Shown: piece after piece, positions 60,020-64,000 of the stretch
Numbering within the stretch: the stretch's first letter is position 1
Layout of the letters: every line of letters starts with the position of its first letter
Origin: Fibrobacteria bacterium
GTDB taxonomy: Bacteria; Fibrobacterota; Chitinivibrionia; Chitinivibrionales; FEN-1185
Assembly (NCBI GenBank): GCA_037447435.1
Contig: JBBIGR010000018.1
Coordinates: 1 to 64,000, forward strand
DNA: 64,000 bases
Direction of reading: 5' to 3'
The notes under the pieces: generated by a model
The model's input: the letters and a program-made list of their open reading frames with translations, nothing else
Told to the model about the DNA's origin: nothing
Database searches by the model: none
Made by a program: the position numbers and the translations under genes

Positions 60020-60712
60020 TTAGCGAGTGTGTTTTGCAAAAATCGCATCGGCAATATGCAGATCTTCTTGAGTCGTGATTTTAAAGTTGAGCGGATCTCC
60101 CCAGGCAATTCCTACCGGAATATCCAACGCTTCCATAAGCATTGCCTCGTCTGTCGGCGGCCGGTTCATGGTTGCGGCATGCGAAAAAGCCTTTTTTAGC
60201 GCTTCACGTTTGAACATTTGCGGGGTTTGGACACGGATGATTTTACTTCGGTCCAAGGTTTCACCCGCGCGGTCCCCTTTGAAATACCGAATCGTATCGA
60301 TCTCAGGAACAGCGGCAATCACCGCATCGTAATCCTGCGAAGCGGATATGATCTTGTCGATAAGCTCGATTGTCATAAAAGGCCTTGCACAATCATGAAT
60401 CATGACCCAGTCTGCCAGCGATGAATTGGTTCCGTTTTGTACCGATTGCCAGCGTTCTTTGCCCCCAATAACAACTTCAAAAGGCCTGCCGCCGGTATGT
60501 GCCGCGCAAAGTGCAGTTGTTTCGTCCAGCATTGCCGAGGGAGCAACGATGATGATCTTGTCGATTCGGGGATGCTTTGCAAATTGCAATACCGAATGAA
60601 GGAAGAGCGGTTTCCCGCCGAGAGACACAAACCCTTTCGGTATGGGTGCGCCAAGGCGGGATCCACTTCCTGCTGCGACGATAATCGCGTCGATAGTCAT
60701 AACAATGCTCAT
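60020..60712 (-). CDS. ispD: 2-C-methyl-D-erythritol 4-phosphate cytidylyltransferase
   Basis: [42 protein letters not shown]. Confidence 0.94.
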   Translation of the reverse strand: MSIVMTIDAIIVAAGSGSRLGAPIPKGFVSLGGKPLFLHSVLQFAKHPRIDKIIIVAPSAMLDETTALCAAHTGGRPFEVVIGGKERWQSVQNGTNSSLADWVMIHDCARPFMTIELIDKIISASQDYDAVIAAVPEIDTIRYFKGDRAGETLDRSKIIRVQTPQMFKREALKKAFSHAATMNRPPTDEAMLMEALDIPVGIAWGDPLNFKITTQEDLHIADAIFAKHTR

Positions 60713-61914
60713 TTCTTTTTACGATCCACAATGCCGGAAACTTTCATGGGTAAACCGAAAATCCTGATAAAGCCCCGCGCGTCTTTTTGGTCGTAAAAGT
60801 CCGTATCGGTAAAGGACGCGAGGTCATCGAGGTATAAGGACTTCGGAGACGAGGCGCCTGCCGGATAAATTGCGCCTTTGTAAAGTTTTAGTTTGACCGT
60901 TCCAGTAACATTTTTCTGCGTTTCGTTGACGAATGCATCGAGCGATTCGCGGAGTTTGGAAAACCATTGTCCGTTATACACGAGCTCGGCATATTTAAGG
61001 CCGACCATTTCTTTGTAATGAAGCGTGTCTTTATCCAAAACCAGGCGTTCGAGTTCCCGGTGAGCCGCATACAAAATGGAACCGCCCGGAGTTTCGTAAA
61101 CCCCGCGAGATTTGATGCCCACCAACCTGTTTTCGACCATGTCCACATGGCCGACGCCGTGAATTGCACCGATACGATTGAGCTCTTCTAAAAGCGCCAA
61201 AGGATCGAGCTGTTTGCCATTTACGGACACCGGGATGCCTTTTGAAAAACCAACGCTTACGTATTGATGTTTTGCAGGTGCCTTTTCAATAGTACTTGAT
61301 AATGTATAGACATTGTCCGGCGGCTCATTTGCAGGATTTTCAAGGACGCCGCCTTCATGGCTTATGTGCCAAATGTTGCGGTCTTCGGAGTAAATCCGTT
61401 TCTTGGATTGACTGACAGGAATATTCCGTTCGGCAGCATAGGCCAGGCAGTCTTCACGGGAATGAAGCGTCCATTTTGGGTCTTTCCATGGGGAAATAAT
61501 TTCAAGCGTTGGGTCCAAGGCCATAACGGTAAGCTCGAAACGGACTTGGTCGTTACCCTTTCCTGTTGCTCCATGCGCAACGGCCTGAGCTTTTTCCTTA
61601 TGCGCAACCTCTACGGCGCGTTTGGCAATGATGGGTCTTGCAAAACTCGTTCCCAACAAATAACTTCCTTCGTAAACAGCGTGAGCTTTGAGAGTGGGGA
61701 ATATATAATCGGTAACGAATTCCTCACGCAAATCTTCCAAGTAATATTTGGATGCACCGGTTTTGATCGCCTTCTCTTTAAGTCCGCTGGTTTCCTCGGC
61801 TTGACCGACATCGGCGCACATGGCAATGACTTCGCAATTATAATTCTCTTTGAGCCAGTGGATCATGATTGATGTGTCGAGACCGCCCGAATACAAAAGA
61901 ACGACTTTTTTCAT
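60709..61914 (-). CDS. argG: Argininosuccinate synthase
   Basis: [38 protein letters not shown]. Confidence 0.97.
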   Translation of the reverse strand: MKKVVLLYSGGLDTSIMIHWLKENYNCEVIAMCADVGQAEETSGLKEKAIKTGASKYYLEDLREEFVTDYIFPTLKAHAVYEGSYLLGTSFARPIIAKRAVEVAHKEKAQAVAHGATGKGNDQVRFELTVMALDPTLEIISPWKDPKWTLHSREDCLAYAAERNIPVSQSKKRIYSEDRNIWHISHEGGVLENPANEPPDNVYTLSSTIEKAPAKHQYVSVGFSKGIPVSVNGKQLDPLALLEELNRIGAIHGVGHVDMVENRLVGIKSRGVYETPGGSILYAAHRELERLVLDKDTLHYKEMVGLKYAELVYNGQWFSKLRESLDAFVNETQKNVTGTVKLKLYKGAIYPAGASSPKSLYLDDLASFTDTDFYDQKDARGFIRIFGLPMKVSGIVDRKKK

Positions 61915-61948
61915 GGCAGGAATCCTTGTTTATAGGTGAAAGAAATAA

Positions 61949-63178
61949 TTATCTGTATAGCTCTAAAACAGCGGGTTTGTTTTTATTGTCTCTGGTATCG
62001 ACCGCAAAATAAATGCCGGTGGCAGGTACCAAAATCGAAACGGTTGATTTTTGAGCTAAAGCAATCGGGTGTAAATCGATTTGTTTACCGAAGCAATCGA
62101 AAAACGATATTTGCGATATTGCCGTATTGTTTTGGAGTATCAACGTATTGTGTTTGCCCGTACGGATCCATGAGGCTGGATGCTCGATAAGTGATCGTGA
62201 TGACAATTGGATTTTTGATGCCACTTTTCCCGAATCGCAGTTGATGATTGCGCCGAGAAAGGAATTTATAACCGATACTGCCGTATCGAACTGCGGTACG
62301 GTCACGGCAATGCCGTGTGAAGCACCGGGGAAAACCTTGATCCGTGAAAAAACGCTTTGGCCTATCGCACGTTGATTAATTGAAATGCTGCCGTATACCT
62401 TGAAAATTCCAGGAATGTTAAATACCCATCCGGCATTAGAAGGAACGATCGGGTCCGATGATTCATGGATGCTGACAATTGGAAGGTTTCCTGCAGCAAG
62501 CCATGCGGTATCGCCGATTGCGCCCCAACAGTTGATAACGCCTCTAAAATGGGAAGAATATCCCGGCGAACCGCTGCTGCCTTCCAATGATCCGAGTTGA
62601 GTGGTATCGACATTAGCCATTATTTCGTTTTGATCCATATATGCTGCCTGTATCGCTATAAATGCGCCGGCGGAAGTGCCGCCGCAAAAAATAAGGGCAG
62701 TGTCGATGTGAAAAGAATCGGCGCGGCTTCGGAAAAAACGGATTGCCGCTTTTAAATCCTGGACCGCCCGATAATTTGCTTTTTGGAGTTCTGCGCCGCT
62801 GTATACCGCATCGGCATTGCTGAGCCGGTATGTAATCGAGGCGGTCGCGTAGCCGCGTGAGGCGAATTCATGGCATAGTCGAACAATGGCCGGCTCGGTT
62901 TTTACACCGGAAACAAAACTGCCGCCATGGGCGAGAATAAGCAAGGGCCGTTTATGCGACGTATCTCGTTTTGCCTGATAAAAATCAAAAAACAAGGTGT
63001 CGGAGTCGCCGTTGACATCTATGTTTTTGCCGTAGACGATGTTGCGGACCGTATCGAATGTCGAGTAAACCGGCAGCATATGGGTCTGGGAACAGATATC
63101 CTGGGCGACCGACACGGTAAATAAACAAAAGAGAATCGAAGCTAAAACAAGACGGGCACGGAGAATAAATTTCAGCAT
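61949..63178 (-). CDS. Secreted alpha/beta-hydrolase (carboxylesterase family)
   Basis: Signal peptide; HGGSF oxyanion motif, GTSAG nucleophile, SDPIVP Asp, GASHG His; short C-terminal sorting-like domain (GIYF). Confidence 0.85.
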   Translation of the reverse strand: MLKFILRARLVLASILFCLFTVSVAQDICSQTHMLPVYSTFDTVRNIVYGKNIDVNGDSDTLFFDFYQAKRDTSHKRPLLILAHGGSFVSGVKTEPAIVRLCHEFASRGYATASITYRLSNADAVYSGAELQKANYRAVQDLKAAIRFFRSRADSFHIDTALIFCGGTSAGAFIAIQAAYMDQNEIMANVDTTQLGSLEGSSGSPGYSSHFRGVINCWGAIGDTAWLAAGNLPIVSIHESSDPIVPSNAGWVFNIPGIFKVYGSISINQRAIGQSVFSRIKVFPGASHGIAVTVPQFDTAVSVINSFLGAIINCDSGKVASKIQLSSRSLIEHPASWIRTGKHNTLILQNNTAISQISFFDCFGKQIDLHPIALAQKSTVSILVPATGIYFAVDTRDNKNKPAVLELYR

Positions 63179-63999
63179 GATTGCAATGCATCCTCGAAGA
63201 TAGTCAAAGCGGTGTCGACATCCGCTTTTTCGGCAATGAGGGGCGGCATAAAGCGGATAGTATTATGTTCGGCCTTGATAAGGAGCAATCCTTTTTCTTT
63301 GCAGAGAGGAATAAGAGGTTTTGGGTCTATGGAAAGTTCCACACCGATTAATAACCCTTTTCCTCGGACCTCGACCATGACGGGATACGAATCTTTGAGT
63401 TCGTTTAACTTTTCCTGGGTATAATTTCCGATGGTTTGCACGTGAGAGAGAAATGCCGGTTCGGAAACAATGGATAATAATTCATGCCCCAGCGCGCACG
63501 CCAAGGGGTTACCGCCGAAGGTCGTACCATGGTTACCGGGGGAGATCGCTTCCGCTATATGCTGTTTGCAAAGCACTGCGCCTAAAGGTAATCCGCCGCC
63601 CAGAGGCTTTGCCGCGGCAAGTATATCGGGTTCGATCCCAAAATGTTCGTAACACCATAATTTGCCGGTTCGGGCAACACCGCATTGTATTTCGTCGAAA
63701 ACAAGCGCTATGCCATGCGTCGTTGCATAGTCCTTGAGAAATTGCAAGAACCGGGGCGTGCAAGGGTTAACACCGCCTTCGCCTTGCACCGGTTCGACGA
63801 TAATTGCGCAAAAATCGTTTTTGTCAAGAACTTCCTGCGCACCGGCAATGTCGTTCAAATCGGCGTAATGAAAACCGGCAAGCATGGGCCCGAATCCGTC
63901 TTGAAACTGTTGCTGCGCTGTCGCGGAAAGGGCGCCGTAGGTCCGTCCGTGAAATCCCTTGTAAAAAGAAAGGATATGGAATTTATCTTTTGAAACTTT
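63172..63999 (-). CDS. argD: Acetylornithine aminotransferase (class III PLP), truncated by window edge
   Basis: Frame open to window end (FHGRTYGAL); EPVQGEGG, FDEIQCG..RTG, AKPLGGGLP, HGTTFGGNP; close to argG. Confidence 0.88.
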   Translation of the reverse strand, partial: KVSKDKFHILSFYKGFHGRTYGALSATAQQQFQDGFGPMLAGFHYADLNDIAGAQEVLDKNDFCAIIVEPVQGEGGVNPCTPRFLQFLKDYATTHGIALVFDEIQCGVARTGKLWCYEHFGIEPDILAAAKPLGGGLPLGAVLCKQHIAEAISPGNHGTTFGGNPLACALGHELLSIVSEPAFLSHVQTIGNYTQEKLNELKDSYPVMVEVRGKGLLIGVELSIDPKPLIPLCKEKGLLLIKAEHNTIRFMPPLIAEKADVDTALTIFEDALQSC

Positions 64000-64000
64000 A

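Noticed and set aside
1..64000. CRISPR array, IS/transposase, reverse transcriptase/DGR, rRNA
   Set aside because: No regularly spaced repeats or diagnostic motifs seen by eye

Overview
Gene-dense bacterial chromosomal window made mostly of housekeeping genes. It covers cell envelope/division (GT9 glycosyltransferase, PBP transpeptidase, era, LpoA-like protein, ftsX, envC), replication/repair (holB, recJ, uvrA, tag) and translation (metG, tRNA-Gln(UUG), rplY, pth, rpsF, rpsR, rplI, rsmE, map, hflX). It also covers amino-acid and isoprenoid metabolism (argH, argF, argG, argD, dapA, dapB, metH, ispD). The diderm envelope genes, spoVG, ricT and FlgD-Ig/T9SS-like C-terminal domains suggest an FCB-group organism, possibly Fibrobacterota (Chitinivibrionia-like); this is inference only. 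I found no CRISPR array, transposase, integrase or rRNA. The best candidate for an undescribed system is a tightly coupled five-gene module behind argF: a single-domain KaiC-like ATPase, two apparently related ~100-aa 3-TM membrane proteins and two stand-alone receiver domains, with no histidine kinase, KaiA or KaiB. Other notable items are a stand-alone RLIG1/C12orf29-like RNA ligase and a ~130-bp element built from tRNA T-arm fragments that ends in a perfect 21-bp duplicate of the tRNA-Gln 3' end. There is also a secreted tail-fibre-like protein with a Peptidase_S74 chaperone but no phage context, a 3037-aa modular surface protein followed by a FecR-Ig protein, and a FecR-linker-beta-barrel fusion. 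Finally, there are back-to-back promoters that look leaderless. All calls come from motif recognition by eye; no database searches were run.
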